64,000 nt of DNA from Williopsis jadinii (Eukaryota), in NCBI GenBank assembly GCA_024346625.1, contig AP024665.1, positions 124,001 through 188,000 on the forward strand, in the 5' to 3' direction. Made by a program: the position numbers and the translations under genes. Under the pieces are notes generated by a model. That model saw only the letters and a program-made list of their open reading frames with translations. It searched no databases and had not been told where the DNA came from. Every line of letters starts with the position of its first letter. Position 1 is the first letter of the stretch. This document shows positions 20,086 through 31,135 of this stretch, one piece after another.

Positions 20086-20875
20086 GTATCTGCTATGCGA
20101 TCAGCGCGCTTACGTAGTCCCAGCGCTACCTTTGTCTAATGTGTAGAAGAATCTCGTTGTCTTCCTTTCTCTCTCTCTCGCTCGCTCGCTCACGCCCTCA
20201 CTTGGCCTCAACCTTTCTATTTGTGTCCCACAGATTGCGCTGCTGCCTTTGGGATTCGTGTGCCTGTGTGTGTTTTTTTGTTTTTTGCCGGTGCAGCCCT
20301 TCGGCCATTAGTGAACAGCTTCCTCTGCACAGTATCTTACGTTTCAAATTTACTTGGGCGTACGCAGATGTTATGAATAAAGTTTTAAAGAGTGGCTAAG
20401 TGTGTGGTTACCGAGCTCTGCTGGGCACGTCGATCTGGACAGATCATTGGCATGGTGGATATCTATTTGTTTGGAGCTGGTCAACTTTGGAAGTGAAGCG
20501 TGTGTTGATGGGCCAAATGTTTGTGTTGGGTTGTGTCTTGGTTTGGTCTCTTGGGCCTCCTGGGTAGTTGTGAACGGGACCAAAGATGAGCGAACCGGGA
20601 GTTGGAATGCGTATTTTGTGCAACCAAGCTGATTTTGAACCCACTGCAGGTTTGTGATGAGGCCGCCTATGGCCGATCAAGAGAGAAACTCGGGCCATTA
20701 CTGCGTACACAAGATCTGTACTATGGACGCTCCGGGTGTATGCTTGTCGTGCGTACACTGTCGTTGGGTTATGATTTGGTTATGGTGACGTAATATTCCG
20801 GGAATATATCAATGGTGTTTGTTTATTGCATATCGCTGGGCTCTGCGTACACAGCAAAACGTATGTATTTTCTTC

Positions 20876-20885
20876 TTTTGTGTCA
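20876..20885 (-). promoter_or_regulatory. Mid-sporulation element (Ndt80 site)
   Basis: TGACACAAAA on the minus strand, a full match to YGNCACAAAA, about 95 bp upstream of the 20978 ATG. Confidence 0.55.
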
Positions 20886-20977
20886 TGGCTTGTCTGTACA
20901 AGCATCCCCTTGTAATCCGTACTTTTGATTCACATTTACAAGCAAGATCATGGTAGATAGAGTGTTGTCCAACCACA

Positions 20978-22129
20978 ATGGCTGATCATGACAGAGGTAA
21001 CAAGCTCGAAGCTGGGGAGGCTGCAAAATCATCGCGGTTAATGCACTCCCAAAGCATTGCAAAGAGTCGGCATCATCGAAACTGTTTGAAGCAAATATGG
21101 ACGCAAAGAAACCGAGGACATCAGTTACACTGTCATAAGCTGTATTTGCTGTACCATAAGTTGTTCCGGCTTTGGAAGACGGAAACGGTTAAGCCTCACG
21201 ACTTGGTTTTACCCGAATATGAAGACGTTGATCTAGATCTTGACCTTGACGTGTATCAACGGTTCAATGATAGGTTGCGTGGACATCTCAATGATCCAGA
21301 GTTATGTTTCAATAGTGCAATCTCTCACAATATTGTGCAAGAGCCTTTTGATGTGCCGTTGTACTGCGCAGTGAATAGTTTAAGCCATGAAGAGCTTGCC
21401 AAGTTGGATGAAAAGTTCTCCATGAACACTGACGATATGCAGTATCGGTTGGATTCAATAGACACTATCCCAAGTTCTGACTTGTTCCAGTTTGACCGAT
21501 TGATAAGCCTCCGAACGAGCGATGAGATGACCTCCAACAAGCAACTTGAAACGAAATTTGATACGCTGTTCAACAACCAAGTTGAAGTTTCCACAGGCAC
21601 GCCAAGTTCCTCCTCGAAATCGTTTGTCACCAGAAGTTTACCCTTAGTAATGGAGACAGCTTCAGATCAAAGTGTGTGTACTTCCAATGGGTTGGTGAGG
21701 TTCGATCGATATGCACACCTAATAATGTACAATACCAAGGGAAATGAAGAAAACGTTGATACAGCATCTCTACCTATACACGCCCGACTGAGGATGGAAC
21801 TGTTCAAACAATTTGGCACGTTGAAATTACAGGATAATGTTGAGCTGGGATCTATCAGCCAGTGCATGGACTGTCCTACATCACTGATCTCGATTCTGAT
21901 ACCCGTACCATTACCGTTAACAAGATTGCCTATATTAAAGCACAAGCTCAACGATAATAGAGCTTTGGAGAGCCAATTGGCCAAATGTGACGATACTGTA
22001 GGGGTTGATCAGTTCATAGAATCCCTAAACCAATCTGAAATATACAGAATGGGTAACATAAGCAGTATAGCACTCTGGCGGAAGAGGCAAATAGAGTCTT
22101 ACAATAGGTTTATGAACGAGGAGGATTGA
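20978..22129 (+). CDS. GIP1: Probable sporulation-specific PP1 (Glc7) regulatory subunit, Gip1-like
   Basis: VRF (RVxF-type) motif in GLVRFDRYAHLIMY. The SILK-like PILKHKLN..Q.A...D......QF.......E..R..N......R..Q...Y block resembles the Gip1 C-terminus as recalled. MSE upstream. Confidence 0.55.
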   Translation: MADHDRGNKLEAGEAAKSSRLMHSQSIAKSRHHRNCLKQIWTQRNRGHQLHCHKLYLLYHKLFRLWKTETVKPHDLVLPEYEDVDLDLDLDVYQRFNDRLRGHLNDPELCFNSAISHNIVQEPFDVPLYCAVNSLSHEELAKLDEKFSMNTDDMQYRLDSIDTIPSSDLFQFDRLISLRTSDEMTSNKQLETKFDTLFNNQVEVSTGTPSSSSKSFVTRSLPLVMETASDQSVCTSNGLVRFDRYAHLIMYNTKGNEENVDTASLPIHARLRMELFKQFGTLKLQDNVELGSISQCMDCPTSLISILIPVPLPLTRLPILKHKLNDNRALESQLAKCDDTVGVDQFIESLNQSEIYRMGNISSIALWRKRQIESYNRFMNEED

Positions 22130-22248
22130 GATTCTATGGCATTAAGTATAACAGTATCAGCATAAGTGATAGAACTAAGAAGTAAACAATCACGCATAAG
22201 CAGACCGCGGGTGATTACCTAAGAGAAGGGCGCGAAAATTGCCACATT

Positions 22249-22283
22249 GGAAACTTATAGAAGGATCTGGAAAACTTTTGAAG
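22249..22283 (+). promoter_or_regulatory. Step-type heat shock element of YDJ1
   Basis: GAA at 22250, 22260, 22270 and 22280, an exact 10-bp period. Confidence 0.65.
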
Positions 22284-22431
22284 AAGAGCTGGAAAAGAAA
22301 GAAAGAAAAAAAAATTCCTAACCGTTGGACGCTCGGAGTAGGTTTTTACGTTGGTTTGTCTTGTATTGTTGTTTCACTTATATTCAACGACTGAGGTTTT
22401 ATCTATATTGGAAGAGTAATACAATAATAAA

Positions 22432-23661
22432 ATGGTGAAGGATACTAAGTTGTACGACTTGTTGGGTGTTCAACCAACTGCTTCTGAATCAGAGATTAAG
22501 AAAGGTTACAGAAAGGCTGCTCTTAAGTACCATCCAGATAAGAACCCAAGTGAGGAGGCACATGAGAAATTCAAAGAGATCAGTGGTGCTTATGAAGTGT
22601 TGAGTGATTCTCAGAAGCGTGAAATCTATGACCAATACGGTTTGGAGGGATTACAAGGTGGAGCTGGAGGTCCAGGTGGTATGAACGCTGATGATTTGTT
22701 CTCACAGTTCTTTGGTGGTGGTGGTATGTTTGGCGGTGCCGGTGGCGCTCCAAGGGGTCCACAGAAAGGTGCCGATATGAAGCATCCAATCAGTGCTACT
22801 TTGGAACAGTTGTACAAGGGACGTACTGCTAAGTTGGCTTTGAACAAGACAGTGTTGTGTAAGGCCTGTGAAGGACGTGGTGGTAAGGAAGGAGCTGTTA
22901 AGAAGTGTACCGGATGTAGTGGTCGTGGTTTCAAATTCATCACAAGACAAATGGGTCCAATGATTCAAAGATTCCAGGCTGAGTGTGATCAATGTCACGG
23001 TTCTGGTGATATCATCGATCCAAAGGATCGTTGTACCGCTTGTAACGGTAACAAGACTACATCTGAGCGTAAGATCTTGGAGGTTCACATCGACCCTGGT
23101 ATGAAAGATGGTCAGAGAATTGTCTTTAGAGGTGAAGGTGATCAGGCTCCAGGTATTCAACCAGGCGATATCATCTTTATCGTTGATGAGAAGCCACATG
23201 AACACTTTAAGAGATCTGGAGATGATTTGGTCTACGAAGCTGAGATTGACCTTGTCACTGCACTTACCGGTGGCGATTTCCACATCAAGCACTTGTCAGG
23301 TGAATACCTCAAGGTTTCGATTATTCCAGGTGAGATCATCAGTCCAGGTGAGTTGAAGGTTATCGAAGGTAAAGGTATGCCAATTCCAAAGGTTGGAGGA
23401 TTTGGTAACTTGTTTGTCAAGTTTTCTGTTAAATTCCCTGAGAATAACTTCACCACTGAGGAGAACTTGAAGAAGTTGCAAGAGATCCTACCACAAAAGA
23501 GAGAAGAGGACGTTCCAAAGGATGCAGAGATTGATGACGTTGTCTTGACGGATTATAGCGATGCCAAGCACTCCAAGTCACAGAGATCACGTCGTGCTCA
23601 TCACGACGATTACGATGATGAGGATGATGGTCAACCAGGTGTTCAATGTGCATCTCAATGA
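22432..23661 (+). CDS. YDJ1: Type I Hsp40 co-chaperone
   Basis: J domain with HPD, G/F region, four CxxCxGxG-type repeats and C-terminal CaaX CASQ. Confidence 0.97.
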   Translation: MVKDTKLYDLLGVQPTASESEIKKGYRKAALKYHPDKNPSEEAHEKFKEISGAYEVLSDSQKREIYDQYGLEGLQGGAGGPGGMNADDLFSQFFGGGGMFGGAGGAPRGPQKGADMKHPISATLEQLYKGRTAKLALNKTVLCKACEGRGGKEGAVKKCTGCSGRGFKFITRQMGPMIQRFQAECDQCHGSGDIIDPKDRCTACNGNKTTSERKILEVHIDPGMKDGQRIVFRGEGDQAPGIQPGDIIFIVDEKPHEHFKRSGDDLVYEAEIDLVTALTGGDFHIKHLSGEYLKVSIIPGEIISPGELKVIEGKGMPIPKVGGFGNLFVKFSVKFPENNFTTEENLKKLQEILPQKREEDVPKDAEIDDVVLTDYSDAKHSKSQRSRRAHHDDYDDEDDGQPGVQCASQ

Positions 23662-24200
23662 TTCTTCTGGGATATATGTATAGAGAGAGAAGAAGAAGAA
23701 GAATCCGCTTGAAATACAAAATAATGCACACAGGAGATACAACAGCATTCACTCTATTCAAGGCGATGCATTCATGATACTGCCTTTTCTTCTACGGCTT
23801 CCCATTAACTTGCTTATCAATTATCGGATTCAATGCCAACTGAAGAGAGAGACAGATATGAGCGTTTTGTATTTAACATGCTTTTTGTTGGTGTTTTATC
23901 CTCCTTTCTGTGTATGTATATTAATAGTGAATAATGTAAGTGCTCAAATCGTTATATGCTTGAGCCACGTACATGTTTGATTAATTAAAGGTGTATTACA
24001 GTAAACTGACGCGTAAAGATAAAGATGAGCTAATAAGCTGCGCGTACGAACAGAGCTTTTTCCCAGTGCGCGGACGCAAATTCCCTCCTTTGCTGCTTTT
24101 CGCTCTCTACTGGGCCTCGTGAATCAGTTATAACCAGGTACCGTGCGTAGTTTATGTATACGATCCTAATCTTGTAAACAATAAAGGGTCCTACACAGAT

Positions 24201-25214
24201 ATGAAGAGGAAAATTGGTGCCCTGAAGACTCCAAAAGGCAGTGGTGCTGGTGGAAGCACTGGCAACGATTCTGATACTGAAGAATCATCGTCTCCTTCTG
24301 GGCCGATCGCCGTGGAGGAATCATCTTATACCAGTGCAAAATCCACCAAGAATGACAAAAGCAAGCAGAGTAAGCATAACAGGAGTACTATACCGGAGGA
24401 ATCTGATATGAAAGAAACCATCAAATGCTGGACTTTACAACTGGAAACGGAACGTGAGAGGACAAAGAGGCAAGAATTGAAGTTAACTTATATACAAGAA
24501 TGCATAAATCTGGTGAAGACTGCAGCAGAATCCAACATACCTCCTCATCTGATTCCAAATCTATTTACAAGTGAGGGCACCAAGGATGTTGAGAAGATGA
24601 AACAAAGTCATAAGGGCTCAACGTCTGTGTTTAAGGTGAACCTACCTCAACATACAGAATTTCAGTTCCACCATTGGCACCATCCAGATGAGAAGAGTAA
24701 GATGCAATCATCATCCAGTATCCGCAATGCGGAGTCTGTGTCTAAGCCGCAAACACCAAAGAGGTCAGTTGGACAGATGAGCCCACCACATAGAAGAAAC
24801 CAATCTGAAGCATCTTTGGGTCAATTTCGGGGTGCATATGAAACAGTACCTCAACAGATACCTCAGATACAGACTCAGAGAACCTGGAGTCGTCAACCGC
24901 AACCTCAGCTAACCTCACCTTACCAAGGGCAATTACAGCAGCAACGACAACAACAACAACAGTTCATGAGCACGGCGAGTCCCATAACGCCGCGTATTCA
25001 TAGAGGCCCAGATGTTGCTACGATGGGATATCAATTTCCACCTCCTCATCAGCAACAATCTCCTTTACATCAGGGTGAAAGGCTTCCTGGTGTAAAACAT
25101 ATACAACATCTACAACAGCAACAACCACAGCAACAATGGAAACAGGATAAATCTGCAGGACATAGAAATGACGTGAACTTCTTAATTAGTACACCAAAAG
25201 ATCCGCCAAAGTAA
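24201..25214 (+). CDS. POG1: Pog1-like transcriptional regulator, Q/P-rich
   Basis: HRRNQS motif and terminal VNFLISTPKDPP (recalled Pog1 end: VNFLIHTPKHPP). Adjacent to SIM1/AYR1 as in S. cerevisiae. Confidence 0.65.
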   Translation: MKRKIGALKTPKGSGAGGSTGNDSDTEESSSPSGPIAVEESSYTSAKSTKNDKSKQSKHNRSTIPEESDMKETIKCWTLQLETERERTKRQELKLTYIQECINLVKTAAESNIPPHLIPNLFTSEGTKDVEKMKQSHKGSTSVFKVNLPQHTEFQFHHWHHPDEKSKMQSSSSIRNAESVSKPQTPKRSVGQMSPPHRRNQSEASLGQFRGAYETVPQQIPQIQTQRTWSRQPQPQLTSPYQGQLQQQRQQQQQFMSTASPITPRIHRGPDVATMGYQFPPPHQQQSPLHQGERLPGVKHIQHLQQQQPQQQWKQDKSAGHRNDVNFLISTPKDPPK

Positions 25215-25763
25215 CATACAGGATTATTCAGGCGTTCATTACTTTCTGAATCATTCACATCTATGGAGGTATGCTATTTGCAGTACACTTGTCGGTTCGT
25301 CTGAAGGTTTATGGCTCATCATTGGTTTTGTTCTGGGAATATGGTTATATTACTGTTGTACTATAAAGGGTTTTAGACATGGTTTGGGAAATACGTTAAT
25401 TATCAGGTGTATTAACGTCGATATTATATATACAGGAGCATTCTTATATCACAAAGTAAACGTTATATTCGTGACAGAGTTGTGGCAACCTATTTATGGG
25501 TTATGAATTAGCTAGTACACCTCAATATAAGATCAAATCACGTTAAAAAGAGAGACAAGACAAATAATCTAAAGCACATTTGTATACAAACATCGAACAC
25601 AACTCATAGTACACCATGAGTTGTAAATTGCGGTCTTCAGGCAACGAGTAAACATCAAATACACATAAATAAAAAGAGAAAAGACAGATCAAAAGGACAT
25701 AGAAAGAGTTCATAGTGAAAAGGTTGGGATAAGGGAAATTTCTGTCAGTGCTAGAAGGCACTT

Positions 25764-26993
25764 TTAGCTGTAAAACACAAAGTTTGCCTTTCCAGATGTC
25801 ACTGCAACAGTACAACCGTCGGTACCATCACCGTTATAAGTTCCGTCTGCGTAGTAACAGTCACCATTCACAACGGAACTACTATCCGATGCAACAATCT
25901 TCACCTTATAATTGGCTGATTCCAAGTTGTTTGGATTTGGAATCAAGGATAGGTAGGCAATACCGTTGGTGTAGCCAGCACCAAAGTTTAATGGAGCCCA
26001 GTTACCATATGTTGTACCAGAGGTACCCCAAACACAGCCTTCTTCCCAAGTCAAACCAGCGTTGTTGACGTAGTACTGAGCTGAGGTTGCCTTACCGTTC
26101 CATGTGTAGTAGGTATCCTGGTCAACAACAGTCAAAGGTAAAGTACCAGAAGGTTGCAAGTATGTTGGAATAACCATGTTTTCAGTACCTGGATAATCGG
26201 TACGACAAATGGCAACGGCTTGGTCAATCTCAGATACAACGTCAGCCATATCAACACCCCATTCACAAAGATAGTTGGTATCTGTGTTCGATCTGTAGAG
26301 CTTACCACTGCTGCAGTACAATCCACCAACAGAGACACCATTTGAAGGTTGGTCTGATGGCCACTGTGTCTTAGACATACCTGGTTGACAGGCATAAGAA
26401 CAGTAAGTACCATCGACACATGAACCACCAGTAGAAGTGTCGGAAGGATGGTACAACCCAGAGTAACCACCAAATCCTAAGTGCCACAATGGGATGACAC
26501 CTTGGCCAATGATACTGGCAAAGTCATCACAATCAATGACACCATCGGTGAAGGTCTCATATGGACCTTGGAAATCTTGCAAATCACCATAGATGGAACC
26601 ACTTGCAGTTGAAGTAGCAGTTGCAGTGGCTTTGGTACTTGTACTTGTTGTTCCGACAGTTGATGAACTAGTGGTACCGGCGACTGGTGAGCTGGTAGTA
26701 CCGACGGCTGATGAGCTGGTAGTACCGACTAAAACGGTTGTAGCACCAGTTTGTTGTTGTTTCTGCTGGGCGCTTGTCGAAACAAGTTGTGTAGCCAACG
26801 TTGAGGATGACTGTGGCTGAATGGTGTTACCTTGGGCATCAACGATAATAGTAGAGTACACATACTCAACGGCAACGGCACGCTTGTGTTGATGGTGGGC
26901 GTGGACTCGAGTAGTAGAACAATCTTCATCTGCAAATACTGCATTGGTCAACATTGCAGTAATTGCTGCAATTGCAACTGGAGAGAACTTCAT
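25764..26993 (-). CDS. SIM1: SUN-family secreted beta-glucanase-like cell wall protein
   Basis: Signal peptide, HQHKR Kex2 site, S/T-rich linker, [35 protein letters not shown] domain. Confidence 0.9.
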   Translation of the reverse strand: MKFSPVAIAAITAMLTNAVFADEDCSTTRVHAHHQHKRAVAVEYVYSTIIVDAQGNTIQPQSSSTLATQLVSTSAQQKQQQTGATTVLVGTTSSSAVGTTSSPVAGTTSSSTVGTTSTSTKATATATSTASGSIYGDLQDFQGPYETFTDGVIDCDDFASIIGQGVIPLWHLGFGGYSGLYHPSDTSTGGSCVDGTYCSYACQPGMSKTQWPSDQPSNGVSVGGLYCSSGKLYRSNTDTNYLCEWGVDMADVVSEIDQAVAICRTDYPGTENMVIPTYLQPSGTLPLTVVDQDTYYTWNGKATSAQYYVNNAGLTWEEGCVWGTSGTTYGNWAPLNFGAGYTNGIAYLSLIPNPNNLESANYKVKIVASDSSSVVNGDCYYADGTYNGDGTDGCTVAVTSGKANFVFYS

Positions 26994-26996
26994 AAT

Positions 26997-27180
26997 CTAT
27001 TATGATCTGGTTAGTAAATCCATTCAGAACAGAAGGTAAGTCTGTGAGTGTTGGAGGAGAAAGAGAAAATCAACGAATCTTTGGTTTGTCTTGAATCAAT
27101 ACAAATCCCAAAGGGCTTGAAGTATTGGGGCCTTTCTAAAGGCTTGGAAACACTCATGCATGGCTTAGACGACAACATAC
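26997..27180 (-). other. 5'UTR intron of the SUN gene
   Basis: GTATGT at 27180, TACTAAC at 27016-27010, TAG at 26999-26997 ending 3 nt before the ATG. Confidence 0.7.
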
Positions 27181-29454
27181 AGCTCCGATCGCAAATCAAA
27201 GGAATGGATGTGACGAGAACAACAACCGTCGTGGAGGACAGAGGAAGGAACAATAATTGTACACCATGAAAGACTCCAAAATAAGGGGGGTGGTGAACAA
27301 TCAAGACAAAGGCATATATTAATACCCATAGTCCATTGCAATGAGGCGGTGATTGTAGATAGGTCCTGGTCCTAATGTACACAATGTACCTGTCTTTTTC
27401 ATCGGGCGCCAATTTGCGAAGAAAATGAAACGCCCAAAGGATCACAAGACGCGGTAGGCGCCGCAAAAACTCATACTGCATACCACAGGATTCACGCACC
27501 CTATTGCGCGTCTTGCGAAAAAATATCCTTTGGTATTTTTTTCCGCAAATTGCTTCCTCTTTACGGAAATTGGCCAGCGTAACATTGGAAAAAAAGAGTG
27601 AAATGTTACGGCAAATTCGCGCAATCCACGAATTTTTCTTTGTCAAAGATGGAGCGACATTCCCTTTTACAGCTCCTTCCCGAATGTGTACCACGCCAAC
27701 CCTCCCCCCTAATTTCAAAATCGACCGGTATGTTGTGTTTTGTTTTTTTTTTGTTAACCTTTCCTGACTTGGTCTTGGTATTTTGGTGTCGTAAGTTGTT
27801 GTTTCATCTTGTTTTGTTTGTCTGTTGTATCATCACTCAGAGGCCCCCCTTAAGACCCATCGGTGCTGTTGTTGAATATCCTCTATATTATCAGTAGCCA
27901 CTCAGAACCCGGTGCCCACATCGATAGTATCAAGGCGTTGATCCCACCGTGATCCAATGCTGGCACTAAAAAATCAAAGCCTTGTTTAGATCCTCGTTTG
28001 AGCCAGCCCTCGCGCCCTCGAATTTCCGTCAAGCAACAACAAAAAAGACGAACTCACCAACCTCACGACGGCCCTCCCTCAACACTCATGTTAAAATAAT
28101 GAACAGAAAATATACTCACTTAGTATTGTAATCGAATTGGATAGATAGTGTACTGGTTTCAGAGTCTAGTATATCTGTGTGTCCTTTAATGGATTTTATT
28201 GAACGTGATCTCGTAAACTCCCCACAGAAAAAGATAGAAAAGTCAAAGGAATGTAAACAGTTGGAAATCTCTGAGAAGCGTAAAATCACAAGTACGGAAA
28301 CTTTGAAAGGTCAAGTTAACCTTTTATGGGGTTCAATCTTGTGTTTATATAATTGGAAAAGTGGTTTGCTAAAAGGAAGGAATTTTTTCTGGTTTAGATT
28401 CCATTCTACAACTCTTGAAGAACATTAACTCATTTAAAAAATTGGGCAAGAAAGCTCATGTGGCCCATGTAATACGCCTCTTTGCATTGCGGTACATGCA
28501 TTTGAAATGCAAAAAACGGCAGTCGAATTACCTGTTTTGGATTTTGGAGCCCACGGTTTCCCTACGAACTGGCTGCTGTGGCTGTATTCGCCTGGTCCTA
28601 CGGACGCATCGCTGTTAATGACAAAACGTCCCAATACGGTAAATCTCCCTGATAGGGAGTCAAAACAGCGTTCTCTGTTGGTGAATCGCCGGCTTGCCGA
28701 TAATAAGGTTGGATCAGAATTATCAGTATGGTAAACCCTAAAATGATCAGTAGATCGAAAACGGTTGAAAGTCGAAACCTTCTTTTTATTAACATGGTTA
28801 TGATCCACTTGAGCATGAGTTAGTGCAGTTCGCTTAACCACTTGAGAGCTTCGACCGGCATGGATATTTACACTTTTAATGGTCTAGAAGTGGCATGGCG
28901 GTATGTCCATGTTGATACATTTTCTTAAGTTGAGAAACTTGTACAGTTAATGTACAGCGTTTACAGTTTTGGCTAGATCACAGTCATGTATGACACACAA
29001 ATCTAGAGTCAGGATCCTTCAGAGTTTACAGAACCGGGAACTGGTCTCTCAAGTTTGTTACATCATGATTGCAAGCTTGAGACAGTAAACTTGGCTTTGG
29101 AGCTGCAACAGTGTCTCATCGGTGTTCAGCGCAGTACTGTCGTGGATCAAGGTACCACATGGCTAGGTACAGTTCTAAAGATTGGTTATTCTACCACGGC
29201 ATTTAAATCTGGTGCGATATATTAATTCATCACATGGATACTCCACAGCCGAGAACATTAATGGATTAAATATTTGACACAGCGGATGTTTAATTACGTA
29301 CATACTACAAACCTTATGTTGGATAGGCTCGAGCCGCACACCACTTACTTATATATTATCAACTATTCAATTCTAAATCACCTGCATAGCACATGGATCA
29401 TTAGTATAGCATACATCATTTACGCATTATGGATCGTGCGGTCCATATAATGCT

Positions 29455-30345
29455 TCATTCGAGGTGCAAGTCAACATCGTCGCCGTATTTCTTTCTCTGA
29501 TAGTTAAAGATTGGCCCAAGTTTGAACTTCACAGTTAAGACAAATTCCACAAACCAGCCTGGGAAGTACTGGACCACAGTGCTCAGAATCGTCGAGTACG
29601 TACCCCTGTAGACATCGATTGGATCTCTCGAACTTAGAATATCACCAATTACTTTCTTCGCATATCTTTCGGCGCTCAGTGGTTTGTTCTTTTCCGCCAT
29701 CTTCTTACGGTTTTCAAATGACTGCAATGCCACAGGGAAATCGAACTTCGATCCACTTGGTACGGGTCTCTTGTCGGCAATGTCCGTAGCAACACCACCA
29801 GTAATGACGTTGATCACACGGATACCGAATCCTTTTAATTCAAGGTGTAACGCACGGGCAAACTGGTGAATAGCAGCTTTAGTAGAACAGTAGACCGATG
29901 AGAATGGGAACGGTGCTAACCCAGCAAGAGAACCCGTGAATAAGATTGTACCCTTTGCATTGATCAAAAACTCTTGCAACTCACGTGTTAGTCTGATCGG
30001 TGCAAACACGTTAACTGCAAAGCACTGCTCCACTTGTGCGTCCGTAACGTCAAAGGCTGGAAGTGTACAACTCTGACCAGCGTTATTATACAACACATCC
30101 AATTTACCATCTGGAAGTTGTGACTGTAACAACTCCTTGAACTTTTTAACCTCCTCAGTTGACGTAATGTCGAGTTGGATAGGCACAACTCCCAACTGCT
30201 CCAGAGGCTTGATCAGCTCAACACGACGAGCACATCCGTACACTTTCCAACCTAACTGCGCCAACTGTTTGGAGACTTGGAACCCAATACCAGAGGATGC
30301 ACCCGTGACAACAGCAACCTTTTGACGAGTACTGAGATCTGGCAT
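29455..30345 (-). CDS. AYR1: 1-acyl-DHAP reductase / lipase, SDR family
   Basis: VTGASSGIG, LYNNAGQSCTLPA, YCSTK and ITGGVATDIADKRP motifs. Start at ATG 30345 (296 aa). Confidence 0.92.
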   Translation of the reverse strand: MPDLSTRQKVAVVTGASSGIGFQVSKQLAQLGWKVYGCARRVELIKPLEQLGVVPIQLDITSTEEVKKFKELLQSQLPDGKLDVLYNNAGQSCTLPAFDVTDAQVEQCFAVNVFAPIRLTRELQEFLINAKGTILFTGSLAGLAPFPFSSVYCSTKAAIHQFARALHLELKGFGIRVINVITGGVATDIADKRPVPSGSKFDFPVALQSFENRKKMAEKNKPLSAERYAKKVIGDILSSRDPIDVYRGTYSTILSTVVQYFPGWFVEFVLTVKFKLGPIFNYQRKKYGDDVDLHLE

Positions 30346-31135
30346 TACACTCTCTTTTCTCCCGTTAGTGGTTATGGAGCTTGTTTCTGTAGTATCTTCT
30401 AATAACAGTTCCCTGATCAAGTCTTGAACAGTGGTAGCTGTGGTAGTTAACGGTAAACAGACAAGGTTTCACCAATTGAAAAACGTTCTAGTCCCACTGT
30501 TTAAACGTCTCCTTTCGATCTACTCCGCTTTTACCAAGTGGCCCTCTTTTACCCCTTTCTTCGTGCCTGGTTCTCCCTTGTTTAGTCAGGTCACCTGGTT
30601 CTGGATTCTGTTGTGTGGGTGGAGTGTGGCCACGGTGATGATTCTTGCCTCGCCATCGCTCAAGCCTCACGTTGCCATAGTATTCCAATTTAGGTTGGCT
30701 TACGTGATATATGCGTGGCCCTTGCCAAAACGACTATGTATAGTTGCTACCAACCTGCCCGAAGCTTCTACTTGAGTCGCTCTTGCTGTCTCTACAGTAT
30801 CCACCACGCTGGTACTGCTTTCAGACGGTCCAGAGTGCCTTGTGATTAGTTATGATGGCCCTTTGTGACCTCGTCTGACTCCCCTCCATGGTTGTGGATA
30901 AGGAGGGTTAAAATACACCTTGGCCTGCCACATGTGGATGACAAATTTGTACGATGTGATTGGCGTCTACAGCGGGATGACGTGAATATTTGGGTTGCTA
31001 TGGAGCAATACTTGTAAGCCAGATAGACGATTATGAATAAATTATAACAAGTATATAAGTACGTTTAGTTCCCTCCTATTTTGCCCCCTTGTAATTGTAG
31101 AGAATATCTCTAAGCAGTACCGATTGCAAGACACA

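Noticed and set aside
27011..29454. ORFs in the long SIM1 upstream region, including a 235-aa one
   Set aside because: Mostly non-ATG starts, poly-A/T-derived composition and no LTR or transposase features.
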